Of a DNA stretch of 64,000 bases, positions 23,633-36,809 are shown one piece after another (positions within the stretch are counted from its first letter, which is position 1; the number at the start of each line of letters is the position of its first letter). The stretch is from Tubulanus polymorphus (taxonomy: Eukaryota; Animalia; Nemertea): positions 1,612,072 through 1,676,071 of the forward strand of contig NC_134034.1 of the NCBI RefSeq assembly GCF_964204645.1, in the 5' to 3' direction. The notes below the pieces were generated by a model. It was given only the letters and a program-made list of their open reading frames with translations, was not told the origin of the DNA and did no database searches. Made by a program: the position numbers and the translations under genes.

Positions 23633-24679
23633 ATGTCTCGTTCGAGGCTTTGGCCGCTATACGACGAGCGTTTAGTTCATGATTTCAATAAAACATGTCG
23701 ACCCAATTACATCACGTGGTCGCGTTTCTATATCAACACGTTAGTGGCGACACCTATCGCGTTAGTGGCTACGATTCTAAACGTGTTCTGTTATTTCGTG
23801 CTCAGACGGTTCTCGTTCCAGCCTACCTATCATTTATTGAAAGCGCTGACAATAGTTGACGCACTATTTTCGCTGGTAAGCGTTCCCGAATTCAGCGTAG
23901 GTGCACTTTACAGATATTTCCAATATGGCCGACGATTTATCTACATCCGCCACAACCTGTTACTTCCGCGTCTCGACGGATATCTGCCAGGCGTGGTGCA
24001 CGCGTTCTATATGATACGCAATTGGATAACGATCTGTATCACCCTGGAACGAGTGCTTACCGTTCTGTTTCCGTTCAAGGTCAAACGATGGACGACCGTA
24101 CGATCGTTGAATTACGTGATCGCCACGGTCGTCTGCTTCAACGTGCTCGCGTCCGTGCCGAATTCACTCTATAAAATTCATCCGATAAGATTTAAGAGAC
24201 AATGTCGATTTTATTTCAAATCGGAGGTTTTCTACAGTTATGGGAATATTTGGCCGTTCCCTATGGGCAGATATACCCGGCCACTCATCGTATATTTCGG
24301 CACGGTCACCCCGATCTTACTTTTATTGATCGGTAACGCCATTTTATGTTCGAGCGTAATACAAGTTCAAAAGAAACGGCGCTCATTGTTGGCGAAGAGT
24401 TCCTCGCAGCCGACGAACAGCAACAAAGATAAAATGGCGCTGGTTACCACTGTCACCATAGTTACGGCGCATTTGCTTTGCGAATTTCCGAAAATGTTCG
24501 CATTGTTGAACTACGATTTTCGTTGGTTACGCGGAATCGTACAGAGCGATGTGTTTAAATATGGCGCCGAAATCGGGAGTAAAATCGATTCTTTAGTGAA
24601 CGTAATTTTGTATCTAGTTGTTAACGGACGTTTCCGTAGCAACGCGGCGGATGTTATGCGTTGTGCCAAACGAAAATAA
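23633..24679 (+). CDS. Rhodopsin-family GPCR, FMRFamide-receptor-like / Srw-type putative peptide or chemosensory receptor, intronless CDS
   Basis: 348 aa, seven hydrophobic segments; LN in TM1, LKALTIVD (TM2), RNWITICITLER.LTVLFPF (TM3), CEFP (TM6), SLVNVILY.....FR (TM7). Confidence 0.88.
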   Translation: MSRSRLWPLYDERLVHDFNKTCRPNYITWSRFYINTLVATPIALVATILNVFCYFVLRRFSFQPTYHLLKALTIVDALFSLVSVPEFSVGALYRYFQYGRRFIYIRHNLLLPRLDGYLPGVVHAFYMIRNWITICITLERVLTVLFPFKVKRWTTVRSLNYVIATVVCFNVLASVPNSLYKIHPIRFKRQCRFYFKSEVFYSYGNIWPFPMGRYTRPLIVYFGTVTPILLLLIGNAILCSSVIQVQKKRRSLLAKSSSQPTNSNKDKMALVTTVTIVTAHLLCEFPKMFALLNYDFRWLRGIVQSDVFKYGAEIGSKIDSLVNVILYLVVNGRFRSNAADVMRCAKRK

Positions 24680-25479
24680 CAATATGAATAGATTGTTAGG
24701 ATCTGATCATTGGTTTACTGGGGCCCAGACTCTGAAATCCACCAGACCTATCTCCCAGCTCAACCTAAAGCACAAAATGTTAAATGCCTTAGTTGACTAG
24801 TCCATCACGTGTATCATTGAATAAATGAATACTGAATGGCGCTGGGCGATAATTCAATTTCAATTTATAAGAGAATTAGAGAAGATATGAGAACAAATTG
24901 CACTTCTCTACAGTAGCCACCACTTTTTTCCTTTTACATTTAGCAGTTTTCGTTTAGAACCGGTTTTTACGTGGCGTCAAAGGGAAGAGTGAAAAATATT
25001 GTTAAAACATGGAGGATCCAGTTCCACAGTAATGCGAGTTAGAGTTAACTCTGAGTTATAATCAGTTCTTTTTCGATGAGTTAACTACGACTCAAATCTT
25101 AAATCAGCACTGTGGAGATCAAGGATCATATTTGGATTTGTGCGAAGCAGCAGAAAGCTAAACTGGCCACACTCGGTATTTTAACAACGTAGAAAATGTG
25201 ATGATGTGATATGGCGACGTGGAACTGTCCCGATTGAGTGTACAGCCGGACAAAAGCATGTAGATTGGCGTAAACTGTTGGCAGTGAATTGCAGACGAAA
25301 CATGAAACCTTAATGGCCGTTTACAAACAGATTATAGCAATCACAATTATAAAATAAAAATGAGATAGAACCTAAGTTAAAATTCTGGTCATTCTAAATA
25401 AATTTTTGAGACGTCCTATTTCACTAATTTGTAGTCAGTGCGGAACGTTTGGTTTTGTAAGAATAATGAGGGGTGATTA

Positions 25480-26262
25480 GAATTTTACCAGGCTCAACTT
25501 TACCGCAGTAAGAGACAGAGTCTACTGTATTTCACAAACTCTTACTCAGTATTTGACACCAACTCGGGGTAGAATTTTACGAGTCTCAACTTTACCGCAG
25601 TAAGAGACAGAGTCTACTGTATTTCACAAACTCTTACTCAGTATTTGACACCAACTCGGGGTAGAATTTTACGAGTCTCAACTTTACCGCAGTAAGAGAC
25701 AGAGTCTACTGTATTTCACAAATTCTTACTCAGTATTTGACACCAACTCGGGGTAGAATTTTACGAGTCTCAACTTTATCGCATTAAGAGACAGAGTCTA
25801 CTGTATTTCACAAACTCTTACTCAGTATTTGACACCAACTCGGGGTAGAATTTTACCGGTCTCAACTTTACCGCAGTAAGAGACAGAGTCTACTGTATTT
25901 CATAAACTCTTACTCAGTATTCGACACCAACTCGGGGTAGAATTTTACCGGTCTCAACTTTACCGCAGTAAGAGACAGAGTCTACTGTATTTCATAAACT
26001 CTTACTCAGTATTCGACACCAACTCGGGGTAGAATTTTACCAGTCTCAACTTAACCGCAGTAAGAGACAGAGTCTACTGTATTTCACAAACTCTTACTCA
26101 GTATTTGACACCATCTCGGGGTAGAATTTTACCGGTCTCAACTTTACCGCAGTAAGAGACAGAGTCTACTGTATTTCATAAACTCTAACTCAGTATTTGA
26201 CACCAACTCGGAGCAGAATTTTACCAGTCTCAACTTTACCGCAGTAAGAGACAGAGTCTACT
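25480..26262 (-). repeat. 92-bp satellite array (~8.5 copies), reverse orientation
   Basis: Reverse complement of the unit at 229-1325. Confidence 0.95.
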
Positions 26263-26730
26263 TTACGCTAGTTTTCTTAAGACCGACAGCGCCCGAAAGC
26301 AGTGAATATGATGGTTATATACATTGATTCATTCTGAAAACCGCTTTCGCTCTCCCTGCACATATAATACATTAGATCGTCCTCGTGCCTCAGGGCATTT
26401 CATTTCACATATATATTTACGCCTTTCCGATCGATTCTCTAGAAAATACCGCAGCAATACATAACAACCCATTTCAAAAAGACCATACGGGTATACGAAG
26501 CTGTACTGATGCAGCTTTGAATCGGTACAGTAGAACTGGTGTAAGTCGGACTGCCCTATGTCGGAAAATCGGCAAATGCCAAAATTTTTTCAGTTCATTT
26601 TCCTATCAAAATCTGGTCGGATTCTAGAAGTCGGAAATTCGGCTACGTAAGTCGGCTAAAATGTATGTTCCAAATGTTTCAAAACTAATACATTCTTTCA
26701 ACCTCTTAGTTGGTCGGCTAATTTCAGTTA

Positions 26731-26884
26731 AGGCGGGCGTAGGTCGGCCTTGCGACTCATTGCGACGCGATTCACTGCGACGATCGCAACTAGTCACACA
26801 CAGTCGCCGATAATCGCGTGCAACCGACTTATGCCCCCACTTGCGACGATCGCATCGCGTCGCAAGGCCGATCTACGCCCGGCT
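26731..26884. mobile_element. PIF/Harbinger-like MITE, 154 bp
   Basis: TIRs aggcgggcgtaggtcggccttgcgac / gtcgcaaggccgatctacgcccggct flanked by TTA on both sides. Confidence 0.7.
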
Positions 26885-28253
26885 TTATTTCTAAAAGGAT
26901 TGTCACTGGCGTGCAGCGTCTATCATGTACCGGTAGATCGATTTTTCTGTCGATGGACACCTGTTATTAACGCACATGTATACAATTTTGTAGTCGGCTA
27001 TAGAATTGAGTATATTGACCCAGTGTCACTCAATCGCTAATAAATTACCGTAAACCGTCAAATTTGTTAGAAAAAAAACACACAGAAAAACCAAATTCAA
27101 ACCGACTTGTTGTAATGACTTCTTCTAGAGGATTTAATGTAGAAAAGGCTGACCATGTGTGTGTTTGGATTAACGGCAATTTACGGATCTGTAACTAAAA
27201 CATATGATACTTTGGATTTAATAAATTCAATTTTGAGTTTATAGAAATATTCTTTTCAGGCCAGCCGTAGGCTTAGCCTATTACTACGTAAATGGAGCGA
27301 ATTTAGCTGACATGGTTCCCAGATGAAAGGCTTTTTCAATGCGCAACTGAGCATACTGGTCACTATTCAAGGGTCCTCCAATTCGTCGCAATTTAAACAA
27401 GGCTTAGTTACAATTGAGAGGAGATTTTTGCAAAAATCTGAACGCAAAAATATCAATTTCAGAATAAAGACGATATTCTCAAATTAGAAAGCAAGTTCTC
27501 CTCATTGATTGGCTTCGCCGCAGAAACCATACATTATGATTATTACAAAGTAAAGTGCAGGTTCTGGGTGATGGATTAAGGTGGTTTCAATCTGTATTAT
27601 TTACTATTTTATTATTTTATGAGCGTTTCATTTGGGGAGTTGAACAGAGCACGTAAGATATTATAATTATTGGTATTTGCCGAGGCGTGGTACAAAGTAC
27701 GTCTTTTGACGGTATATATGCCGGACACTCCAGTAGAAAATGAAATGCATCTCCCACCTTACCTTGTTCATCTCTTGTTTCGGGGTATACCTGTGTGTCG
27801 AAGGGTTTACTTCGGGGTTTTATCTTTTAAAATCTAAAATTGTATTTCAAGATCGATTCCTGTGACATGTTTAATTGATTTGGTTTTTGGGAGGAATTTT
27901 TATTTGTATTTACTCGAAATTCATCCTTGACAATTGCGCGTAGTTCGAGAAAAACCGTTTCTCAAATCGGATGGATGATCTTGATATGCAAATAAGCCAT
28001 GTGCTTGAATTGCAAATTCAATCAAATCATATGAAGATAACATATGATGATGAGAATAACGAGGAGTAACTTCGAAATCAAGAATTTCTTATGTTACGTT
28101 ATCATTTTTCCTTACGTCGAATTTTGTAACGTTTTTCTGAAAACATTCGGAGATTTTCCGACACGACAACATGAATTTTCTGATTGGATAAAATCGCATC
28201 CAATAAACGAGTCTCTGAAACTAAACTGAAGCCACTGCGATCATTGTAACGGG

Positions 28254-31200
28254 ATGATGTTGTTCGGGATGGAGCAGCGACTGACAACGCTGTTTATAGC
28301 GACGCTGATCGTCTGCCGAGTTCGCATCGCACGCGCCGATCGCGCGGAATCGTCGGTAACTGTCATGTCGTCTTGCAACAACACTTGGTACCCTGTCGAT
28401 TCTACGTCCGGTTACATCGTTTCACCGAATTATCCGTCGTTAGTGCGCAGTGTCGAATGTCGTTGGTTCATCAACGGCTCTTCACCCGGGGGAACTTTTC
28501 ACGTCCAAATCCACTACGACATCGAGCCATCGATATTTTGTAGTGATGGCTATCTTTCCGTTTACGAGTCTGATAAACAATTCTGTGGCGATGGAAAACA
28601 TGAATTCCGCCGTAACAATTCGATATCTTTGATATTTAGAAGTAACGTCTTCAATGGTGCGCGAGGTAGTCGGGTTTATATTATATATCATTATGAACGA
28701 AGCCAATTGAAAATCACCCACAACTGCCGTAAATTCATTTTTGGAATGGATTTAATAAAAACATCGATCGGATTTGAGATTTTCCATTATCGATCCTTGC
28801 ATTGTCAGTTATTCCTCGAATGGAGCGACATCCCCGATGGTTTAGCGATGAATTTGACTTTTGTAGATTTAGACGTGGCTGTATCTGAGCGATCAGACGC
28901 CGATCCAGTGGCGAGTTATCGAATCTATGATGGTTGGAACACCAGCAGTGAACCGATAGCGCTTCTAGGCGAACAACGCCTACAACACCCGTCATCGTTT
29001 TATACCAAAACTAACAAAGCAATTATTTCTACGACACATATACGCAATGGATCGACTAAACTTTTAGTTCAGATGTACAAAATATCAGATTGGAACGTCT
29101 CTAATCCATTGATTCAGATTTCTAATAACGAATCGGGAGTGCTCATTGCCGATGACAACAGTTTACACATAATAACTCGATCAAAACACTTACACTGCTG
29201 GTCTATCACAGTGCAGGTGTTACAGTACGTCGTCTTCAACTGGACACGTGATCTCGTCACATCCGGTGATGTCATTGGTGTACATAAGTTAGAAGCGTTG
29301 CGTATTGTAGGAACTGATATTTTACTCGACTTCAACTACCTCGAGTCGCTTAGCGTCAAATCCGACGGCTTTCTCGTCATACTGTGCGTTTTGACGAGAC
29401 CGAACATCACAGAATCGAATCTGAGGATAGACTTCAGAATGAAATCGATATCACAAAGTAAAAACTTGCGTATCGGTAGGCATAGGGTAAGTGTCGAATT
29501 ATGAATGCCATCATATTCAAACTCATTAGTAAAGCAGTTTTGCGGAGGTTTAGATAATATTCAATCGTTAAAATTTATAAAATTCGTTTAAAATTTGATA
29601 CATTTTAGATAAATTACAACCTCGAGACGCTGTGGTCTATGCCGGTGTTTTCGTTTCGAACGAGGACGGTGGAGTATCGATTTAGGCTGTTCGACGTAAA
29701 GTGGAAAGTTAGCATCACAGACAAGGAATTGATATTCTCGGTGCTGTCTGACAATTGTGACAATGCCGGATTCTACATATATGATGGCGGTAATTTTACA
29801 GCTAGACGCTACGGTCCGTATTGTCCCGGGTCATCGGGTTATCGCCGGAGTATCGTCAGTCTGGTTACGTCAGGTGGACCGGTTATTACAGTAGGGTATA
29901 TATATAACTGTAGAGCTGGGCCGGTAAAAGGCACTTTGAAGTTTATTCCGACTGACTGTAACGGTTACTATCTACGGGAAGAACCCCGGGACACAGTGAC
30001 GTCACGCTGTTTGATTATCAATCCCAAAAACAGACGCGTTCCATTACATAAAATTCGTATAATATCAAAATACCGATATGTAATTAGTAGATGTGTACCT
30101 GACCATGTGTCTAATTCAAGATGTAGAGATTTCTTGTCACTTGCTGTCGTGTCCCTCAGGAACAGGCTCCGTGTGCACACTGTGACGATAAAGATCAGAA
30201 ATATGTTCTGGTCATACCCATACGTCGTTGAATTGTCACGTCGTTGCCAAGCATCGAACATACCTATAACTCAAGCATACTGGATTAATCAAGGAAATTG
30301 TGGGCTGATGCAATCACCGAACTACCCAGCAAGAGCTGTAAATTCGTTGGGTCGCACTATAGCTTTTAACCTCAGGTTCAGTAGTAACAAATACCGAATT
30401 CAGTACACCAGATTCGTTATAAAACATATGGATATGGCGCCGTGTACAAAACAATCTACGAGTGATAAAAACCTCGTTGTTTTTATCGAAGAAGTCCGTA
30501 ACAGGGACCAAAGCGGAGGTTATTTGGGCACGATACAACACGAAAGAAAACTATGTGGAACGTACCACACACCGGGAGTTACATTTTACAGTTTACAAGT
30601 GTCGCGACAAAGGTTTGAAGTCGTCAACTATTTACCAACGTTCAGCATACAATACAATTTACGGTGGCAGATACCAATGAAACATAGCGATAATGTCTGT
30701 AAATCAGGATTCCTGGAATCGGGAATTTCCTGCGTAAAATTCATCAGAGATGAACATCTGAATTGGGAGAATGCTGAATTATACTGTAGACGGAAGTACG
30801 CGGGACACCTACTCAGTATCAACTCAGAACAGGAAATGATGACCTTGAAAAGGATATTCGCTGGAAAACCTTTGATAAATCAAGCGTTTTCGCAAAAAGC
30901 CCCCCTCACGATGATTGGACTGAAGTTACAGGTAAATTGATGTACATTTAGGTTATGTGTTTTGTAATAAATATGGAAATGAGGTTTACTCATTCCTATT
31001 AGAATTATTTTTCTAGCCCAATACTGGTTATTACACGTGGACTGACGGCAAACCATTGAGCTACACAGAGTGGTATAAACCAACAAATAACGACACGATA
31101 CCAGACGTTATTCGAGGATGGATATCGCCACTAAGGAAACAACCGATTAATGACGTCAATATGCCGTGTACGGCGATGATACTGAATAACCCACGAGGAT

Positions 31201-34200
31201 CAGCGAACTGGGTTCGATTCCCTTGCAACATTCAAGAGGCATACACGAGTTTTATTTGCGAAACCAGCAGAATCGACATCAAGAGAAATAGTACTGAAAA
31301 CGATTTAGTAAAACAAGTAAAATCATCAAACACAAATACGAATACGAATTGTAGAATAGGTTGGTTAGGTATAGCTGGACGATGTTATCAAGTACTTACA
31401 AATTGGAACACAGTGCAAATTCTAGATATTGTTAGTGCGAAAAGGATGTGCAATAGCATTAGTGGTGAAATAGGTATGCTACAGGATCTTATATACGCCA
31501 GAAAACTGATCGACAGACTTCGTTATCAACATCAATATGGTGCAATTTTAAGTAAGGATTTTAGCAATCAATGGAGGATAATGAAACCACTTGTTACAAG
31601 GCGTGAATTAACTTACCAGCAAACGGTTCATTGGGAAATGTTACCTAAGAACATCACATCAGATGCAGCGCATTCTGTTTTATGTTCCTACAATGCAACT
31701 GATGAGGAGTTAGCTTCTATAAGCGGTTGTAGATCGTGGCAGTTTGAATGTAACGATCAGATATGTATCAGCGACCATCGCGTATGTGATTCTAGACACG
31801 ACTGTCAACACGGCGAAGATGAACTCAATTGCACGGATGAAACTGCATTTGTTCAGTTTCAATGCTACGATGGTCAGATTATATCAATGAGTAGATTTTG
31901 TGATTTCATAAAGAATTGTGTGGATGGTTCTGATGAGAACTCGTGTTTTCATCCCCCGTGTTTGCCCGATCAATATCGCTGTGACAGTGGCCAATGTATC
32001 GGTAGGTCTGATAGATGTGATGGAATAACTGATTGTAAAGACGAATCTGATGAAATGGGATGCACCGCTCAGCTGTGCCAGGGGTTCATGTGTAACAGTG
32101 GAGACTGTATCAGTTCGCAGCTGTCACAGGATGGTGTCGTGGATTGCAGTGGAGGCCTCGACGAAGACGAATTAGTAACATCAGCTAATGTTACAGTGAA
32201 TCCTACGGTTTATTGCAATGATGAAAACCACTGTACGACTAACTTCACAAATCTTTGTATGGAACCCGATAAACAAAGGTGTTCTTTCAATTCTCCCCAC
32301 TGTTATTCAAGGCGTCACAGATGTATTTTTGAAAGATTCACAAACGGTTACCCAGTTTGTAGAAACCTGGAGCACGTATTGAGATGTGAAGAATTTCAAT
32401 GTCCAGCTGGTACTGTAAAATGTCCAGCATCGTACTGTATACCTATCAGACAGGTGTGCGATGGCAAATCTGATTGTCCCAATTCAGAAGATGAACAAAA
32501 TTGCGAGACATTTTCATGTACAGGAATGTTTAAATGTGGCCAGGAAAATCGATGTATCCCACAACCTGAAGTTTGTGATGGTGTCGTTAACTGTAGACTT
32601 ACAACTGATGACGAGGCTTTCTGTATAGTCACATGTCCGAGAGGTTGTAAGTGTCTGGGGTATTCTGTCGATTGTGGAAATACTGGTATAAAAGACACCA
32701 CTGATCTTTCGGCATCAACTCGGGTTTTGATTTTGTCGAATAACGAAATTATCTTTGACACGTCAACATTCTTTTCCTTCATCTATTTGCGAATGCTTAA
32801 CATCTCCTCCAATGAATTGTCTTATATTTTACCAAACTCGTTTTCAAACCTGCATAATCTGCATGCATTAGACCTTACGAATAACAACATAACATCTTTA
32901 TCTGCAAATACATTCACCGGTTTGTTTAGTTTGAAAGAATTATTCATAACTGGAAATCCAATATGGGATTTAGAGGGTGACACCTTCCAAGATTTGAAGG
33001 CACTAAAATTTCTCGACCTTCACGAGTTTCATTTGAAGGTGCTTGGTAGCAATGTGTTTAGAGGTTTATCTTTATTGCAGTCGTTGAATATCAGCAGTAA
33101 CAGAATCCATCATATTTCGCTTTACGCATTTTCTGGATTAACTTCACTTGAAATTCTGGATATAACCAACAACTACGAAGTTATTTCTGCTGACAGAAAT
33201 GTTTTCAATAATCTTACATCTTTAGTCTCCCTTATGTCTGATGCTTACAAATTCTGCTGCATGGCTCCGAATGTTGACCATTGTCTCCCTGAAGCTGATG
33301 AATTTTCCTCCTGTTCTGATCTGATGGGTAACACAGTCCTCAGAACTATCATCTGGGTCATCGGTTCATTCAGCTTTTTCGCTAATGGAATTGTCATTTC
33401 TCTTCGCATTTATGCGATTAAATTCTCATCCTCAAATCCATCTTCCGACATAATCATCATTAATATTGCTGTGTGTGATTTCATGATGTCTATATATTTA
33501 TTTTTGATCGCTGGCGCCGATTACATTTATAAAGGTAACTACTTTCTCCATTCTGAATCATGGACGGACAGTTTGTTTTGTCGTCTTGCTGGAATCGTGG
33601 TGTCTATTTCTTGTGAAGGTTCATTGATGTTTTTGCTCGTCATGACGCGTCATAGATTTTCAAATATCGTTGATCCATTTTCTGGAAGCCCGATTACATC
33701 ACCGAGGTATGTGTGCATTATTTGTGGAGCATGTTGGATTGTCTTGTGTTTCATTGTATTACTACCTCTTACACCTTTCCCTTACTTTGGAAACAATTTC
33801 TACGGTACGACTGGAGTTTGTTTACCCATAAATCTAATTTCTATTGATGTCAATGCCTGGCAATATTCATTCGCTATTTTTTCTCTTTTCAACTCCTTGG
33901 TACTTGCTACGATAATGGCAACGTATGCGCAAATGTACAAGCTCGTATCTAGAAGCAGGTCCGGTTCGGGTAGAGCTGATCCTACCGAACTGATCATGGC
34001 ACGCAGGAGTTTGGTGATAAATCTGTGTAATTTATTTTGCTGGCTGCCGATAATAATCGTTCAGTTTTGCGCAGTTTTCCGGGTAGAAATACCGAATCAG
34101 GTGGCGGCTTGGCTGGCGGTTCTTTTCCTACCGATCGACTCGTCCCTCAATCCCCTACTTTACACAATACTGACCATTGATATGAAATCCATACGAGCAA

Positions 34201-34235
34201 AAACAAAACGCAGGCAACATCGAAAAGATAAATAA
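28254..34235 (+). CDS. GRL101-like / LGR type C2 receptor with CUB, C-type lectin, LDLa, LRR and 7TM domains, ~1924 aa, 3 exons
   Basis: Exons 28254-29486, 29609-30931, 31017-34235 join phase 0 (AGG|GTAAGT, CAG|GTAAAT). Signal peptide; CUB (GYIVSPNYP..C.W.I; later LMQSPNYP); CTLD (CVKF...LNWENAELYC...HLLSINSEQE...IGL...YTWTDG...W...C); second CTLD-like; ~6 LDLa plus one atypical module; LRRNT CPRGCKC; LRRs; hinge KFCC...FSSCSDLM; 7TM ending SSLNPLLY. Confidence 0.92.
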
Positions 34236-35201
34236 TATACCTACAGATCTACATATATATTGCCAACACACCACCTATAGATGTCATCATTTTCTAGTGG
34301 GATTGTTTCCTAGAAAATCATTTTACACTATGGTGCCAATATCTATAATTGATATGTGGAGGAATAAAACCCGGGTTAGATTATGGACAGAAGACAGTTT
34401 TTCTTATTGATTTCCTACTCTATGGTTACCGATCAGGTCGTGTTCCCGAATTGGTACGGTCCTGCGCCGAGCTTAAGTTTCGAAGTATGGTGTGTCTGTG
34501 AGTTTTAGAGTCCATTATCGTTCCGACCATGTGACAGACTTCTCATGGACGATTGCTCATAAGGCGCAGTATCGAGGCCCGAACGCGTTATAAACTCACC
34601 CCACAAAGTCAGCGGCATCTTTGTTAAACGTATTCATCATCATTATCGTTGCATTACATGAAATACTGAGTGAGCAGATTAGTGTTTATGGCGCGTTTTG
34701 ATAAGGGTTCAATGTCTCTAGTTTATAGTCTACGTCTATGAGTCCCGCCCGGTGCGAAACCCACCCTCATCCTGTATCAGCAGTGACTCGAATGTGAAGG
34801 CATACAGAAACTCTAACGACCCCGTAGAATGTACATATTGATATTAGTTAATATCCGAAATTCGAATCCGAAGAACATCTCAATTACCATACTTTAAAAC
34901 CCTTAAATGTCGTTATCTCATGGGGCGTGACGAGTTAATCTGATTATAAGCCTCCTTCATCAGAAATTAGGTGAATCAATTAGTTTTCACACAGAGTTTG
35001 GAAATTAGTTTATTTCCAATCAAAAATTGCGACAAGCTGATTTTCAGTGCATGGTTAAAATTGAATATGTATTTGTTCGTGATGCCTGGCTTTGGTGTTG
35101 CCGACTTAAATCCCGGTGAAGCGTTCAGTCTTTTATTAGAGTGATAAAATCTGAGGGGTTGGGAATTTATCATCGTTATGTGTGTACGTTGAAATAGGGA
35201 G

Positions 35202-35395
35202 TTATATCGTAAATTGTTGCTTTCGAAAATTCGGTTTGCAATAGTCCATCTGCAGGTTTTCTAAACTTTTAAACCCATGAAAAAAGCCTATATCTATTTC
35301 AGGTATCCGATTATACATTAGACTTAAAACCTTTAAGTTCTGTACAGGTAGATATTTCGATATTGAAGCGGTCAAAGAAATTGGTTCAAAATGAG
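35202..35395 (-). pseudogene. Toll-like receptor relic: isolated two-LRR fragment between TLR-type 5' and 3' flanks
   Basis: HFEPISLTASISKYLPVQNLKVLSLMYNRIPEIDIGFFHGFKSLENLQMDYCKPNFRKQQF aligns to 47810-47990; 34980-35200 matches TLR 3' flank 36560-36770; 35395-35460 resembles TLR 5' flanks. Confidence 0.85.
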
Positions 35396-36809
35396 ATGAA
35401 TTGTCAATTCCGCCGCCGTGTACAAGGATACAATAAATGAACACTATATGAAACATCGTATATGAAACTGTTTATTCCGGGTATCGAAACAATAAATGTA
35501 TATTGAAATAAAAATTTAAATTCCTTGACTATTACATAACAATCTATTATATATATATATATACAAAAGCAACTAAATGGCGGACCTACTAGTTTATACT
35601 GTTAGAATTGTTATATACAAGATGATATCACTTTGGAAAACTTGAACATATCAAACTCATAATTCATATTTAGGTCACCTTTACAAATAAATATTTTGAA
35701 TTAAAACCTTGAATACATTTAGAACACGCAAAATCAAAATGTAAAAACACTCATTTCAAATACGATAAAATCTCTTGATTTATTTCATTCGCTTGGATAA
35801 ACGTGAAAAAATGATAAAGTAGATACTCTTCGGCTTACATAACATAATATTTTATCTATATAGAGAGCACTGCAAGAGTTTATACTCGAATGGTTATTAT
35901 ATACAAGATGATATCGCTTTGAACAAACTTGAAAATATCTAAATCAGAATTCATCTTTAGGTCACATTTACAATATCTAAACGCGCAAAATTTAAGTGTA
36001 CAACACACTCATTTCAAATTACAGCAAGATTTCTTGATATTCTTGATATATTTCTACTCGTGAACAAAATGACAAATCAAATATTTCGCATACATAACTT
36101 CATTCCTTATCATGTGATGTTAGGCCCTGGGTGTTGCCGACAGTAGACCCTAGGGGAGGTCCTGCGGAAAGTCTTTCCAGAAGCAGACCTACTTGTTTAT
36201 ACTGGAGTAATTCATTGCCGAAATCAGACATTGACAAATAAGTAAAAAAGTTAAATTCAAACTCATTTTTCGGTCACATTTACAAGTTAATATTTCTTGT
36301 TAAACAATTTAAATACATATTATACACGCAAAATTGATGTATAACAATAATCATTTTTAAAGCAACTGTTTTGTGCCCGTGACCGAAATGTCTGGGGAGT
36401 TTGTGAGGTTAACACGCTAAATAACATCTATGAAATAAACAAGAAGGATCTTTTCACGTTTGAAAATGATTATTTTTCAAATTGAACAGATCATATTTCT
36501 TCAAATGGGTATCAATCCGGATCGTTTTTTTTATACAGTCGTGAATTAGATTCCACGCGGAGTTTTGAAATTAGTTTGTTTCCAATTATAAATCGGGGAC
36601 AAGCTGATTTTTAGTGCATGGTCAAAAATTGAATATGTATTTGTTCGTGATGCCTGGTTTTGATGTTGCCGACTTAAATCCCGGTGAAGCGTTCAGTCTT
36701 TTATTAGGGTGTCAAAATCTGAGGGGTTGGGAATATCACCAGTGACTATGTGCGTACGTTGAAAAATGGGTTATACTATCGGGTATATCAGGCGAGTAGC
36801 TTTGATAGA

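Noticed and set aside
28450-33997. Short overlapping and antisense ORFs inside the GRL101-like gene (likewise inside the TLR and piggyBac ORFs)
   Set aside because: Shadow frames of real coding sequence with no independent motifs; many begin at GTG/TTG, which are not normal eukaryotic starts.
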